A stretch of DNA of 61,349 nucleotides, the filler included. It is 6 parts of 6 records of this genome, joined end to end, with 100 filler letters (N's around TTAATTAATTAA, not from the genome) between each part and the next. Parts side by side here need not be neighbours in the genome. Positions count along the whole stretch, not along the records: positions 1 to 14,822 come from SRR20825010_3798; 5 more parts are not named here. The stretch is one strand, 5' to 3'. The position numbers and the translations under genes were made by a program. The number at the start of each line of letters is the position of its first letter. Position 1 is the stretch's first letter. This document shows positions 1-9,941 of the stretch, piece by piece. The notes below the pieces were generated by a model that worked only from the letters and a program-made list of their open reading frames with translations, was not told where the DNA came from and did no database searches.

Positions 1-12
1 ATTCTGATCCGT

Positions 13-1365
13 GTGTTGGACCGATACCTGCGCATCAGCACCTGGGTCGGGATTGGCCTGCTTGCGGTCATGCTGCTGCAAACATTGCCCATGGTTCAAA
101 CAGAATGGTCAGTGAACAGTGTCTTGCCCAACGAACCACTGGCACAAACGCGCGTGAACCTGTCGCCCGCTGAATTGCTTGCACTTGGGCAGCTTGATAT
201 GAAAAAGTTGCGCGTGGCAAGGGATCAGGAAAGTGCGGTCAAACTGCGCGACGACGACAATGAAGGTGCCGGGCCCGGCAACACCCTGAAAGGCTTTTTC
301 GAACGCCAAGGCAAGGTGGCACTGGCACCTTTCGCGCCCACAAGCCCGCCCGACTTTGATGTAATTGTTCTGCAAATATGCTCCATGTCCTGGGCCGACC
401 TGCAATATGCCAAACAAAGCCGGCATCCGCTTGTCCGGCAAGCCGACTTCATGTTCGAGAACTTCAATTCCGCCACCAGCTATTCAGGCCCTGCTGCCAT
501 TCGGCTGCTGCGGGGCAAATGTGGGCAAACTGAGCACGATTCCCTGTACAAGCGCGCGGACAACAGCTGCATGTTGTTTGATCAGCTTCGCAGTGTGGGT
601 TTCGAAGTGGAAATGGGCTTGAATCACGATGGCCGCTTTCAAAACTTCTCAAAACTGGTAGAAAGCAACCTGGGTGGTGCGACAAAGCAACGTGTTGCAC
701 ACAACGAGGTACAAACCGGTGTGCAGGCATTCGACGGATCACGGGTGGGGCGCGACAGCGACTACCTGCGCACCTGGTGGAAAAAGCGCATCGAACAAAG
801 CGGCCCCGCCGTGGCCTACTACTACAACAGCATTACCTTGCACGATGGCAATCGCTTTCCCAACAGCAATTTAAACAGCCTGGAAAGTTACCCTTTGCGG
901 CTTGAACGCGTGCTGAACGACCTTCAATCCGTACTCGCTGAAATCAAGCGCAGTGACCGAAAAGCACTGGTGTTGGTAGTACCTGAACACGGTGCAGGTT
1001 TAAGCGGAGAATACGGTCAGCTGGTGGGGTTGCGGGAGCTTCCCACACCAGCCATTACCAAAGTACCCGTGTTTGGTTACTGGATTGCACCGGGCTACGC
1101 GGCCTCGCCTTCCGGACCCGTCGCGGTCAAGCAGCCCACAAGCTACACAGCATTGAGTGAACTGCTGAACCGCTGGATGGCCCTGCCTGCCGAGCAGCAG
1201 TTGCGCCCAGCCTGGCCTGTGTTGCTGAGCGATTTGCCCAGCACGCGCTTTGTTTCGCAGCAGGGTAATATTACGGTGATGGAAAACCAGAATTCTTACT
1301 GGATGAAAGCACCGGGCACGGCCTGGAAAATGCTGGGCCCCGTGCAAACCACATCAGCGCCCTGA
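13..1365 (+). CDS. bcsG: Cellulose phosphoethanolamine transferase BcsG (5'-truncated at window edge)
   Basis: Motifs LQICSMSWADL, FNSATSYSGPAAIRLLR, ITLHDGN and VPEHG are typical of BcsG; the frame is open to the window start. Confidence 0.85.
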   Translation: MLDRYLRISTWVGIGLLAVMLLQTLPMVQTEWSVNSVLPNEPLAQTRVNLSPAELLALGQLDMKKLRVARDQESAVKLRDDDNEGAGPGNTLKGFFERQGKVALAPFAPTSPPDFDVIVLQICSMSWADLQYAKQSRHPLVRQADFMFENFNSATSYSGPAAIRLLRGKCGQTEHDSLYKRADNSCMLFDQLRSVGFEVEMGLNHDGRFQNFSKLVESNLGGATKQRVAHNEVQTGVQAFDGSRVGRDSDYLRTWWKKRIEQSGPAVAYYYNSITLHDGNRFPNSNLNSLESYPLRLERVLNDLQSVLAEIKRSDRKALVLVVPEHGAGLSGEYGQLVGLRELPTPAITKVPVFGYWIAPGYAASPSGPVAVKQPTSYTALSELLNRWMALPAEQQLRPAWPVLLSDLPSTRFVSQQGNITVMENQNSYWMKAPGTAWKMLGPVQTTSAP

Positions 1366-1381
1366 GGAACACGGACAACAC

Positions 1382-1594
1382 ATGGCCGCCACATTCGACC
1401 CGCACAATCCGCCTGCCCTGTTCATGCCGCCTGCCGACATGGCGCACGACATTTACGCCTTGAGCGCGCAGCTCACCGGGTTTGACTACAACATGTATCA
1501 AGACATCCAGTACGACCAGGCGGTGTACGATTCCTTCCAGCGCTGGCCATTCCTGTTTGGTATTGCCATGGCCCCACACGTGGGCGAAGATTAA
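1382..1594 (+). CDS. bcsR: BcsR/YhjR-like small cellulose biosynthesis protein
   Basis: 70 aa with DIxAL...YQDI...RWPFL pattern of BcsR; directly follows bcsG. Confidence 0.65.
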   Translation: MAATFDPHNPPALFMPPADMAHDIYALSAQLTGFDYNMYQDIQYDQAVYDSFQRWPFLFGIAMAPHVGED

Positions 1595-1618
1595 GCCACT
1601 CAGCCATCAAGATTCGGG

Positions 1619-2422
1619 TCAGCGAATTTGGCGTTTCGCAAAAGGCATTGCGGGCTGTTTGCTGTTTTTCACCACCGAAATGCGCTGGTTTTTGAAGCCC
1701 AGCAAGCGGCGCTGCCAGCGGCGTTCCTGGGTTAAATGCGCACCTTCATCAATACCGAAAATTCGCTGCAGCATGAACTTGCTCGCCGCGACCGAATCGG
1801 GTGAGCGGGCCAAAATTTCCTGCACAAGCGCCTGTACTTTTTCATCCGCGTTCTCAACAACATGGGTCACCAAACCCAACTCCTTCGCTTGTACGCCGCT
1901 GAAAACACGGCCTGTCATGGTCAGTTCCTTGGCCACATCCACAGGCAACAATTCACGCAACAAAGCACCGCCGCCCATGTCGGGCACCAAACCCCATTTG
2001 GCTTCCAGAATCGACAGTTGTGAATCGGGCGTGCACACGCGAATGTCCGCCCCCAATGCCAACTGAATACCGGCACCAAAGCAGTTGCCATGAATTTGTG
2101 CAATCACTGATACACCCAGGTCGCGCCAGCCCATGCTCCAGGTTTGAAAAATATTGCGCATGGGCAGCCACAAATTGGCATACATCACCACGGCTGTTTT
2201 GGGGTTGCTCATCACCGATTTCACATCAAGCCCGGCGCAAAACGAAGGGCCTGCACCTTTCAAAACAACCGCACGCAGTGTTTTGTGCTTCGCCAACTGC
2301 AGTTGCACTTTGCGCACTGCTTTCAGCATGGGCCAATCCACCCCATTGTGTTTCTCTGGACGATTCAAGGCCACAGTGGCCACAGTGTTGTCGTTGTTGA
2401 ACTGCAGGGATACTCTGTCCAT
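1619..2422 (-). CDS. Enoyl-CoA hydratase/crotonase family protein
   Basis: LNRPEKHN, FCAGLD, HGNCFGAG, EAKWGLVPDMG; start taken at MDRVSL. Confidence 0.9.
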   Translation of the reverse strand: MDRVSLQFNNDNTVATVALNRPEKHNGVDWPMLKAVRKVQLQLAKHKTLRAVVLKGAGPSFCAGLDVKSVMSNPKTAVVMYANLWLPMRNIFQTWSMGWRDLGVSVIAQIHGNCFGAGIQLALGADIRVCTPDSQLSILEAKWGLVPDMGGGALLRELLPVDVAKELTMTGRVFSGVQAKELGLVTHVVENADEKVQALVQEILARSPDSVAASKFMLQRIFGIDEGAHLTQERRWQRRLLGFKNQRISVVKNSKQPAMPFAKRQIR

Positions 2423-2495
2423 GGTACGCTCGGCTGTTTTTTGTTGTCGTAAAGGCTGGTTAGCCATCTTAACCTTGAACATTCTCAAACCCAAT

Positions 2496-3080
2496 ATGAT
2501 CTTTAAAGTGTTGACTCTGGTTTTGGCCTTGCTGGGCTATTACCTTAGCCCGTATGGTCCCAACGCTGCCGAGGAAAGCACGCGCAAAAGCGCAAATGCC
2601 CTGTCGGGAAGTTTTTATCTGGCCACGGTGACCCGTGTGGCCGACGGCGACACCATTACAGTTCGCAACCGCAACGGTGCTACCCATAAAATTCGCATGC
2701 ATGCCGTGGATGCACCCGAATTGAAACAAGCTGGTGGCGAACACTCGAAGGCCTGGCTTGCGCAACAACTCATGAACAAAAACGTGAAAATCGTGGTGAA
2801 CAACACCGACCGCTACAAGCGCCAGGTGGCCAAAGTGGTGCTACCCGTTGAAGGTTGCGAGCAGCGTTTGTGTGAAGGAGAAACCGACATCAACCTGAAA
2901 GCCATTGAAGCAGGGCAAGCGTGGTGGTACCGGGAATATTCCCGCAGTCAAAGCAGTGAAGACCGCGTGTTGTATGAAGCCGCTGAAAACCAGGCCCGCA
3001 ACCAGCGCAAAGGCCTGTGGCAAGGCACAGCCCCACAAGCGCCATGGCAATGGCGCACCGAACAACGCAACCAACGTTAA
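2496..3080 (+). CDS. Thermonuclease (SNase) family protein with N-terminal hydrophobic anchor
   Basis: VADGDT, IRMHAVDAPE, DRYKR, A..ARNQRKGLW, PWQWR. Confidence 0.9.
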   Translation: MIFKVLTLVLALLGYYLSPYGPNAAEESTRKSANALSGSFYLATVTRVADGDTITVRNRNGATHKIRMHAVDAPELKQAGGEHSKAWLAQQLMNKNVKIVVNNTDRYKRQVAKVVLPVEGCEQRLCEGETDINLKAIEAGQAWWYREYSRSQSSEDRVLYEAAENQARNQRKGLWQGTAPQAPWQWRTEQRNQR

Positions 3081-3086
3081 AACCAC

Positions 3087-3479
3087 ATGAAAGAAATCTA
3101 CAACACCACCGTTGCGCTTCGCTGGGGCGATATGGACCAGATTGGCCATGTAAACAACACCGTGTACTTCCGCTGTTTTGAACAAGCCCGCGTTGAATGG
3201 ATCGACCTGTTCCCCGAACATGCAGACGACAACCCCGCCTACGTAGTGATTGTTCACACCGAATGCAGCTTTCTGAAAGAACTGAAAGCACCAGGCATTG
3301 TTGCCATCAAAGTGTTCGCGGGTGACATGGGGCGCAGCAGCCTGGTACAGCAATACGAGATGCGCCGCACCGACGCACCCGATGTGCTGGTGGCCACTGG
3401 CAGCGCCAAAATGGTGTGGGTCGACCCTGCCACAGGCCGTTCAACGCCCATTCCAGATCGTTTCAAAACTGCACTTTAA
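3087..3479 (+). CDS. Acyl-CoA thioesterase (4HBT/YbgC hotdog family)
   Basis: RWGDMDQIGHVNNTVY motif. Confidence 0.9.
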   Translation: MKEIYNTTVALRWGDMDQIGHVNNTVYFRCFEQARVEWIDLFPEHADDNPAYVVIVHTECSFLKELKAPGIVAIKVFAGDMGRSSLVQQYEMRRTDAPDVLVATGSAKMVWVDPATGRSTPIPDRFKTAL

Positions 3480-3615
3480 TTCGGGGAAACCCAAATTCAT
3501 TTCTAGAATTGGCACTCAGTTTTTGCTATTGTCTAGCCGAAATTTTATTGTTACATTGATCAATGTCACGGTTTATCGTGGCAACAACAATAAAACAAGT
3601 GTAGGAGCCAAAACC

Positions 3616-4536
3616 ATGAAAAACATCATGCCTGTTCGCCGCGATGTCAAACTGAATTTGCCTGAAGAAAAGGTATCCAATTGGCATGAGCAAGGTCCCC
3701 ACGTGACCCACTTCATGAACGCCCTGTCGCTGTTCTTCCCGGCAGGCGAGCGCATGTTCATGGACGCCGTGCGCAACTACCGCGATGAAATTACCGATCC
3801 CGAACTGAAAAAGGCCGTGGTGGCCTTCATTGGTCAGGAAGCCATGCACAGCCGCGAGCACGTTGAATACAACGAAATGCTGGACCGCGCTGGTTTGCCG
3901 GCATCGCAACTGGACAATTTCCTGTGGGGTTTTCTGGCCTTACTCAAGAAAACGCTGGGCAAGCGCCTGACACTGGCTGGCACCATTGCGCTGGAACACT
4001 ACACCGCACTGATGGCCGACCAATTGCTGCGCAACCCCGAGGTGCTGGGTGAAAAATCAGACCCCGCCTACAAGCAAATGTGGATGTGGCACGCCTACGA
4101 AGAAACAGAACACAAGGCCGTGGCCTATGATGTGTGGAACCATGTGTTGCCCAACAACATGCGCAACCGTTTTGCGCGCCGCCTGGCCATGGTGCTGGCC
4201 ACCGTACTTTTCTGGCCATTGGTGGCAACCTTCCACATTCGCCTGGTGATGGCCGACAAAAACATCAAGGGTGGGCATCTGAAAGGGTTCTGGACGGTGG
4301 CCAAAATGCTGTGGGGCAAACAAGTGGGCGTGCTGCGCAAGCCCGTGGCCAACGGCGAATTCATGGATTATTTCAAAGCCGACTTCCACCCCTGGTTGCA
4401 CGACAACAGCCGCTTCCTGACAGAGATCGACAACTTCGTTGCGACAGTTGAGGGCTCAGGCCGCAAGCCCAACACCGACATTGCAAATGCCATTCGTACG
4501 CGCATGAACAATCAGTTGAAAGCCAACGCAGCTTGA
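3616..4536 (+). CDS. Predicted metal-dependent hydrolase (ferritin-like di-iron motifs)
   Basis: FPAGE, GQEAMHSREH, ALEHYTA, WHAYEETEHK; AGGAG upstream of ATG 3616. Confidence 0.85.
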   Translation: MKNIMPVRRDVKLNLPEEKVSNWHEQGPHVTHFMNALSLFFPAGERMFMDAVRNYRDEITDPELKKAVVAFIGQEAMHSREHVEYNEMLDRAGLPASQLDNFLWGFLALLKKTLGKRLTLAGTIALEHYTALMADQLLRNPEVLGEKSDPAYKQMWMWHAYEETEHKAVAYDVWNHVLPNNMRNRFARRLAMVLATVLFWPLVATFHIRLVMADKNIKGGHLKGFWTVAKMLWGKQVGVLRKPVANGEFMDYFKADFHPWLHDNSRFLTEIDNFVATVEGSGRKPNTDIANAIRTRMNNQLKANAA

Positions 4537-4543
4537 TTGCAAC

Positions 4544-5683
4544 TTAGGTGCCCTGTCGGTAATACGCACTTTGCTCGTAATGGGCAAAGGCGTGTACATA
4601 CGCCACCTTGCATATCGCGGCCAGTGGCAATGCCAAAAACACACCCACCAAACCGAACAGGGCACCGAAAAAAGCCAGGGCAAAAATAACAGCCAATGCC
4701 GACAGGCCAATTTTGTCGCCCACCACCAACGGTGTCAGCACGAAACCCTCCAGAAACTGCCCGGCAACAAACACAAACAGCACCAACACAATGGGCAAAA
4801 AGCCTTGCAACTCAAGCGCAGCTGTCAGCAAACCCACCAACAAAGCCAGCGCAAAACCGAGATAAGGAACCACGCACAGCACACCGGCCAGCATGCCGAT
4901 TGCCCAACCGCTTTGAAGCCCCACCACGCTTAAGCCGATTGAATAAAAAGTGCTGAGAAACAACATCACGATCATCATGCCCTTGATGTATTCAGTCATC
5001 ACCGAGTCGATTTCGGTGAACAAAGGCTGCGCACGTGTCCACAAGTGCGGCGGGAAAATTTGCTGAAACTGTTTGCCGATCTGGGTCCACCCAGGAAGAA
5101 TGAACAGCGTGGCGATGACGGTGAGGGAAATGAAACCGGTGAATCCCAACACCGACTGGGAACCCGAGCGAAGTATCTTGGTGCTGATTTCAGCCAGCGT
5201 GCCCCGGTTTTCGCTGATGTAAGCGGCAATGCGGTCTTTCATGTCAGGGCTGTCTACAGAAATGCTCAAGCCAAACACATCATTTAACCAAGGCAACACC
5301 GTGCGCTTCACATTCACAATCAGTTGCGGCAAGTTGTTTTGAATCAACTCGAGCTGGGTCAGCACCACGGGAATGAACAACAAACCCACGCTGGAAAAAA
5401 CCAAAAGCAGCATGAAGAATGTAAGCAGCGCGCACACCGGCAAAGGAATGCGCTCACGCAATTTTCGGTGTACCCAACGGCTTGGGGCCGCCAACAAATA
5501 GGCCAACACAAACGCAGCCACGAAAGGTGCCAACACAGGCCACAGGGCGATCACCATTGCCAGCAACAATGCAACGCTCAGCAACAAGCCCCAGTGCTGC
5601 AAATAAAACTGCTTGGCCAAAGCCGACAAACCAAGGGGCTGTAATTCGACTTGCTTCTCAGTTTGTTCTTCGGTTTTTTTCAT
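4544..5683 (-). CDS. AI-2E/PerM family transporter
   Basis: Multiple hydrophobic segments; VPYLG, GQFLEGFVLTP, FGLVGVFLALP. Confidence 0.9.
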   Translation of the reverse strand: MKKTEEQTEKQVELQPLGLSALAKQFYLQHWGLLLSVALLLAMVIALWPVLAPFVAAFVLAYLLAAPSRWVHRKLRERIPLPVCALLTFFMLLLVFSSVGLLFIPVVLTQLELIQNNLPQLIVNVKRTVLPWLNDVFGLSISVDSPDMKDRIAAYISENRGTLAEISTKILRSGSQSVLGFTGFISLTVIATLFILPGWTQIGKQFQQIFPPHLWTRAQPLFTEIDSVMTEYIKGMMIVMLFLSTFYSIGLSVVGLQSGWAIGMLAGVLCVVPYLGFALALLVGLLTAALELQGFLPIVLVLFVFVAGQFLEGFVLTPLVVGDKIGLSALAVIFALAFFGALFGLVGVFLALPLAAICKVAYVHAFAHYEQSAYYRQGT

Positions 5684-5713
5684 CCATCGCCTTTCAAGTT
5701 ACACCGTGAACCA

Positions 5714-6625
5714 TTAACGCTTGGCCCGCAAAACCAGATACACACCACCCAAAGTCATGACCATTGCCACCAGCAAAGTGATGGTGACTGATTCGTTCAG
5801 GAACAACACACCAGCCAGCGCTGCAATTACCGGAACGCTCAACTGCACACTGGCAGCCGACGTGGTGGGCAAGGCAGGCAGTACTTTGTACCACACCGCA
5901 TAACCAATGCCACTGGCCAGGCAACCCGAAGCCAAAGCAAACAAAACACCAGCCAAAGTGGGCGTGGGCAAGTACACCGTGTACAAGGCCAAACCACGCT
6001 CAACTGTAACGCCCGGAATATGAAAGCCCGCCTTGGCGGAGAAATACACCGCCATCCATACCAGCAACATTAAAAACGCCGCACGGGAAAAATTGCCTGC
6101 GGTGTCGGCCAGCGGAAATTTTGACCCCTTGCCCACCACGGAATACACGCCCCAGCAGGCACCCGCCAAGGCCATGCTGACAGCGGCCAGCACCGAAGCA
6201 GGCGTTTGCAAATGTGGCCACACCAACAGCACAAGGCCAGCAGCAGCCACCACTGCACCCAGTGCTCGCAAACCCCTTAGGTGATCGCCCTGCGTGGCGG
6301 CATAGGCAATCATGCTGAGCTGCACACTGCCAAACAAAATCAGCGCACCGGTGCCCGTGCTCATGTACAAATACGCCATCGAAAACAGCACCGCATAACC
6401 AAACAACGCCCAGGCACCTGTCCAGCTGCCTTGCTGCGAGCCCTTGTTTTGAATGCGCAAACACAACCACAAGGTAATGGCACCGCTGATCAAACGAATC
6501 GCGGTGAAACTGGCCGGGTCAATTTGCCCGGCCCCCAAGGCAGCACGGCAAAAAAAGGAATTGGCCGCAAACGCGCACATGGCAAAGGCAGTAAAAATTA
6601 GTGTGTTGACTTCAATTTTTTTCAT
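5714..6625 (-). CDS. DMT/EamA family transporter
   Basis: About 10 TM segments; FAANS, SGIGYAVWY, QLSVPV, LFLNE. Confidence 0.85.
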   Translation of the reverse strand: MKKIEVNTLIFTAFAMCAFAANSFFCRAALGAGQIDPASFTAIRLISGAITLWLCLRIQNKGSQQGSWTGAWALFGYAVLFSMAYLYMSTGTGALILFGSVQLSMIAYAATQGDHLRGLRALGAVVAAAGLVLLVWPHLQTPASVLAAVSMALAGACWGVYSVVGKGSKFPLADTAGNFSRAAFLMLLVWMAVYFSAKAGFHIPGVTVERGLALYTVYLPTPTLAGVLFALASGCLASGIGYAVWYKVLPALPTTSAASVQLSVPVIAALAGVLFLNESVTITLLVAMVMTLGGVYLVLRAKR

Positions 6626-6688
6626 GCATGCAAGCTACTATGTGACAACAACAATTTTCAATTTCAAGACACCGGAGACGCTTCCCCC

Positions 6689-7930
6689 ATGCGCATTGAA
6701 CTTCGCGACCCACTGACACTGCCCTGCGGCGCCACACTTCCCAACCGCTTGGTGAAAGCCGCCATGAGCGAAGCCCTGGGCACCCGCGACAACCGGGTCA
6801 CACCGCAAATTGTGCGCGTGTACCAGCGCTGGACAGCCGGGGGCATTGGTTTGAATATAACCGGGAATGTGATGATCGACCGCCGCGCACGTGCAGAGCC
6901 CGGCAACGTTGTGATTGAAGACGACCGCGACATGCCCCTGCTGCAACAATGGGCCAAAGCTGGCCAGGCCAATGGCAGCAAAATCTGGGTGCAAATCAAC
7001 CACCCCGGCAAGCAGTGCCCCAAAGGCATGAACAAGCAAACCGTGTCAGCTTCTGCCGTGCCATTTCACAAAAGCCTGCAAATGATGTTTGCCACCCCCC
7101 GCGAACTTACCGAGACAGAAATTCTCGACCTGATCGCCCGCTGGGGCCGCACCGCCAAGGTGTGCAAGGAAGCGGGTTTCGATGGTGTACAAATTCACGG
7201 CGCGCACGGCTACCTGATCAGCCAGTTTTTAAGCCCGCTGAGCAACCAGCGCACTGACCAATGGGGCGGCAGCGCCGAAAACCGCCGCCGCTTTGTGCTG
7301 GCCATTTACGACGAAGTGCGCCAACAGGTTGGCGCTGATTTCCCCGTGGGCATCAAACTGAATTCCGCCGACTTTCAGAAGGGTGGATTTTCTGAGGAAG
7401 AATCGTTGGCGGTAATTCAGGAACTGACTGCACGCGGCATCGATATGATTGAAGTATCCGGTGGCACCTACGAAGCCCCCGCCATGACCGGTGCCACCGC
7501 CAAGCCGAAAAAAGAAAGCACCGTGAAGCGTGAAGCCTACTTCATGGACTTCACCGAAAAAGTACGCGCCGTGTGCAAAGTACCCTTGATGCTGACCGGC
7601 GGCTTCCGCACCGTGGGCGGTATGAAAGAAGCACTGAACACCGGCGCAGTTGACTTGATTGGCCTGGCCCGATCCATCGCCATTGAACCCGACCTGCCCA
7701 AGCGGCTATTGGACAACAAGGAAGCACTGCACCCCGTCAAGCCACTGATTACCGGCGTGAAAGCCGTGGACCGCACCGGCCTGCTGGAAATTCAGTGGTA
7801 CACCCGGCAAATTCACCGCATGGGCAAGGGCAAAAACCCTGTCCCGAACGAGAGTGCCCTGAAAGCCCTGTTTTTCTATATTCTTGACAGCAGTTGGGGC
7901 TTGTTCAAAGCCCGCAAGTTGAGGGCTTGA
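6689..7930 (+). CDS. NADH:flavin oxidoreductase (Old Yellow Enzyme family)
   Basis: NRLVKAAMSE, GFDGVQIHGAHGYLISQFLSP, NQRTDQWGGS. Confidence 0.92.
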   Translation: MRIELRDPLTLPCGATLPNRLVKAAMSEALGTRDNRVTPQIVRVYQRWTAGGIGLNITGNVMIDRRARAEPGNVVIEDDRDMPLLQQWAKAGQANGSKIWVQINHPGKQCPKGMNKQTVSASAVPFHKSLQMMFATPRELTETEILDLIARWGRTAKVCKEAGFDGVQIHGAHGYLISQFLSPLSNQRTDQWGGSAENRRRFVLAIYDEVRQQVGADFPVGIKLNSADFQKGGFSEEESLAVIQELTARGIDMIEVSGGTYEAPAMTGATAKPKKESTVKREAYFMDFTEKVRAVCKVPLMLTGGFRTVGGMKEALNTGAVDLIGLARSIAIEPDLPKRLLDNKEALHPVKPLITGVKAVDRTGLLEIQWYTRQIHRMGKGKNPVPNESALKALFFYILDSSWGLFKARKLRA

Positions 7931-7940
7931 TCCAGAGGCG

Positions 7941-8285
7941 ATGATGATTAGAAACAGTTTGTTATTGGCTTTGTTCTTGAGTGCATCAACCGCCTTCGCA
8001 CTGGAAGATACAGCCATTCTTGAACAAGGCCGAAAACTGTTTCAAACTGACGCCGAACCCGCCTGCGCCATTTGCCACACATTGGCCGACGCAGGCACCA
8101 AAGGCAAAGTAGGCCCGGTGCTGGATGAACTGAAGCCCAGTGAAGAACGCGTGCTGAACGCACTTAAAAACGGCAAAGGGAGCATGCCCCCTTTTGTGGA
8201 CCACCTAACTGCGGATCAAATGAAAATTCTGGCGAAGTATGTTTCCACCGTGAGCGGTGGAAGTACTCAGAAAACCGCGCCTTAA
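7941..8285 (+). CDS. Periplasmic monoheme class I cytochrome c
   Basis: Signal peptide, CAICH heme motif, GPVL, distal Met in GSMPPF. Confidence 0.9.
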   Translation: MMIRNSLLLALFLSASTAFALEDTAILEQGRKLFQTDAEPACAICHTLADAGTKGKVGPVLDELKPSEERVLNALKNGKGSMPPFVDHLTADQMKILAKYVSTVSGGSTQKTAP

Positions 8286-8297
8286 GTCAAGGTCACT

Positions 8298-9041
8298 TCA
8301 GTTTCTAAAATCAGGCTGCTCGCGGTCCAGCTTGCGCAACAGCGCAGGCCAGGCAATGTTGCCGCCCAAACCGCGGGTTACTTGCGCGGCTGCCGCCTTG
8401 ATGCCGTTCACAATGGGCTGAGCAATTGGAATCAAGGTGGCACCACCTGATTGCGCTGCAATTTGAACCTCGCAGGCCCGCTGTAAAATGAACATGTTCA
8501 AAAACGCATCAGCCACAGTGGGGCCACAGGTCAGCAAACCGTGGTTGCGCAAAATCATGGTGTTTGCCTCGCCCAGGTCAGCTTGCAGTCGCGCTTTCTC
8601 GTCCTCGCGCAGAGCAAGACCTTCGTAGTCGTGGTACGCCAAACCCGCCAGCGGAAAAAGCGACTGTTGGGAAATGGCCAGCAGTCCCTGTTCTTGAATG
8701 GAAACCGCAACACCCGCCACCGTGTGGGTATGCATCACGCAGTGGGCATCATGCCGAATGGCATGCACAGCGCTGTGAATGGTAAAACCCGCCGGGTTTA
8801 CATCGTAGGGGCTGTTGTCCACTTTCTCGCAATTCATGTTCACCTTCACCAAGCTGCTGGCGGTGATTTCTTCGAACATGAAGCCATACGGGTTGATCAA
8901 AAAGTGGCCGTCCTCGTTCGGCACGCGGGCTGAAATGTGGGTGAACACCAAGTCGTCCCAACCGTGCATAGCCACCAAGCGGTAGGCGGCGGCCAGGTCG
9001 ATGCGGGCCTGCCATTCGGCAGAGGCAATGTGTGTATTCAT
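8298..9041 (-). CDS. Class II aldolase/adducin family protein
   Basis: THISAR, FTIHSAVH, HTHT, LRNHG; start at MNTHIAS after AGGAG. Confidence 0.92.
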   Translation of the reverse strand: MNTHIASAEWQARIDLAAAYRLVAMHGWDDLVFTHISARVPNEDGHFLINPYGFMFEEITASSLVKVNMNCEKVDNSPYDVNPAGFTIHSAVHAIRHDAHCVMHTHTVAGVAVSIQEQGLLAISQQSLFPLAGLAYHDYEGLALREDEKARLQADLGEANTMILRNHGLLTCGPTVADAFLNMFILQRACEVQIAAQSGGATLIPIAQPIVNGIKAAAAQVTRGLGGNIAWPALLRKLDREQPDFRN

Positions 9042-9192
9042 GTCTGTCTCCTGAGCATCAATATGATTTGTATTTTCAGAAAGTGTACCAGTGCGGCGGG
9101 CGGGTACTTGCCAAAAACACTTGAAATTCAAAGCAATCAAGGGCAATCTAACATTACAAAATAATTATCACAGTGCAGGAGACAGTAATACA

Positions 9193-9885
9193 ATGCATGC
9201 CCAAGTCAAACCCAAAGTGCAAAGGGAATCGCAAGACCCAACCGTTCAATCGGTGCGTGCCAACTACCGGGCTGAATTTATATCGACGGGGTACCAAGGC
9301 TATTTGCACCTGGCCATGACCATGACCCTGGGGTTGGGCGTTATCGCCCTGTGCATTTATTGGCTTGAATCACCCAGTTTGCTGGAGTGGCTGACCATAC
9401 CTGCCACCTTCCTGTACGCCAACTTTGCAGAATGGGCCGGGCACAAATACGCCATGCACCGCCCGGTAAAAGGCTTGGGGTTTGTGTACAAAAGGCATTC
9501 ACTTCAGCACCACAAGTTTTTCACCGACACCCACATGGAAATTGACAGCAACCAGGATTTCAAAGCCGTGCTGTTTCCAATCGCCATTGTCGGCTTTTTC
9601 GTGGTCGCGTTTTTCGTGCCCATGGGCTTTTTGCTGGCCTGGCTGTTCAGCCCGAATGTGGCCCTGCTGCTAGTGGCCACCGGCATGGCCTACTACCTGA
9701 ATTACGAACTGTTCCACCTGTCTTACCACTTGAAGGAAGAGCACTGGGTGCACCGCATTCCGGGCTTCACGCGCTTTGCGCGCTTGCACACCACGCACCA
9801 TGATCAACGCATCATGGCGCACAAAAATTTCAACATTACCTATCCGGTCATGGATTGGTTGATGGGGACTTGGGACAGGCGGTGA
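9193..9885 (+). CDS. Fatty acid hydroxylase/sterol desaturase family membrane protein
   Basis: His boxes HKYAMH, HSLQHH, HLSYH, HTTHH with TM segments. Confidence 0.85.
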   Translation: MHAQVKPKVQRESQDPTVQSVRANYRAEFISTGYQGYLHLAMTMTLGLGVIALCIYWLESPSLLEWLTIPATFLYANFAEWAGHKYAMHRPVKGLGFVYKRHSLQHHKFFTDTHMEIDSNQDFKAVLFPIAIVGFFVVAFFVPMGFLLAWLFSPNVALLLVATGMAYYLNYELFHLSYHLKEEHWVHRIPGFTRFARLHTTHHDQRIMAHKNFNITYPVMDWLMGTWDRR

Positions 9886-9941
9886 TCAAACCTGCAATTA
9901 AACCAACTGGTGGCTACCTAACCCAGGGCGATTCATGGGTA

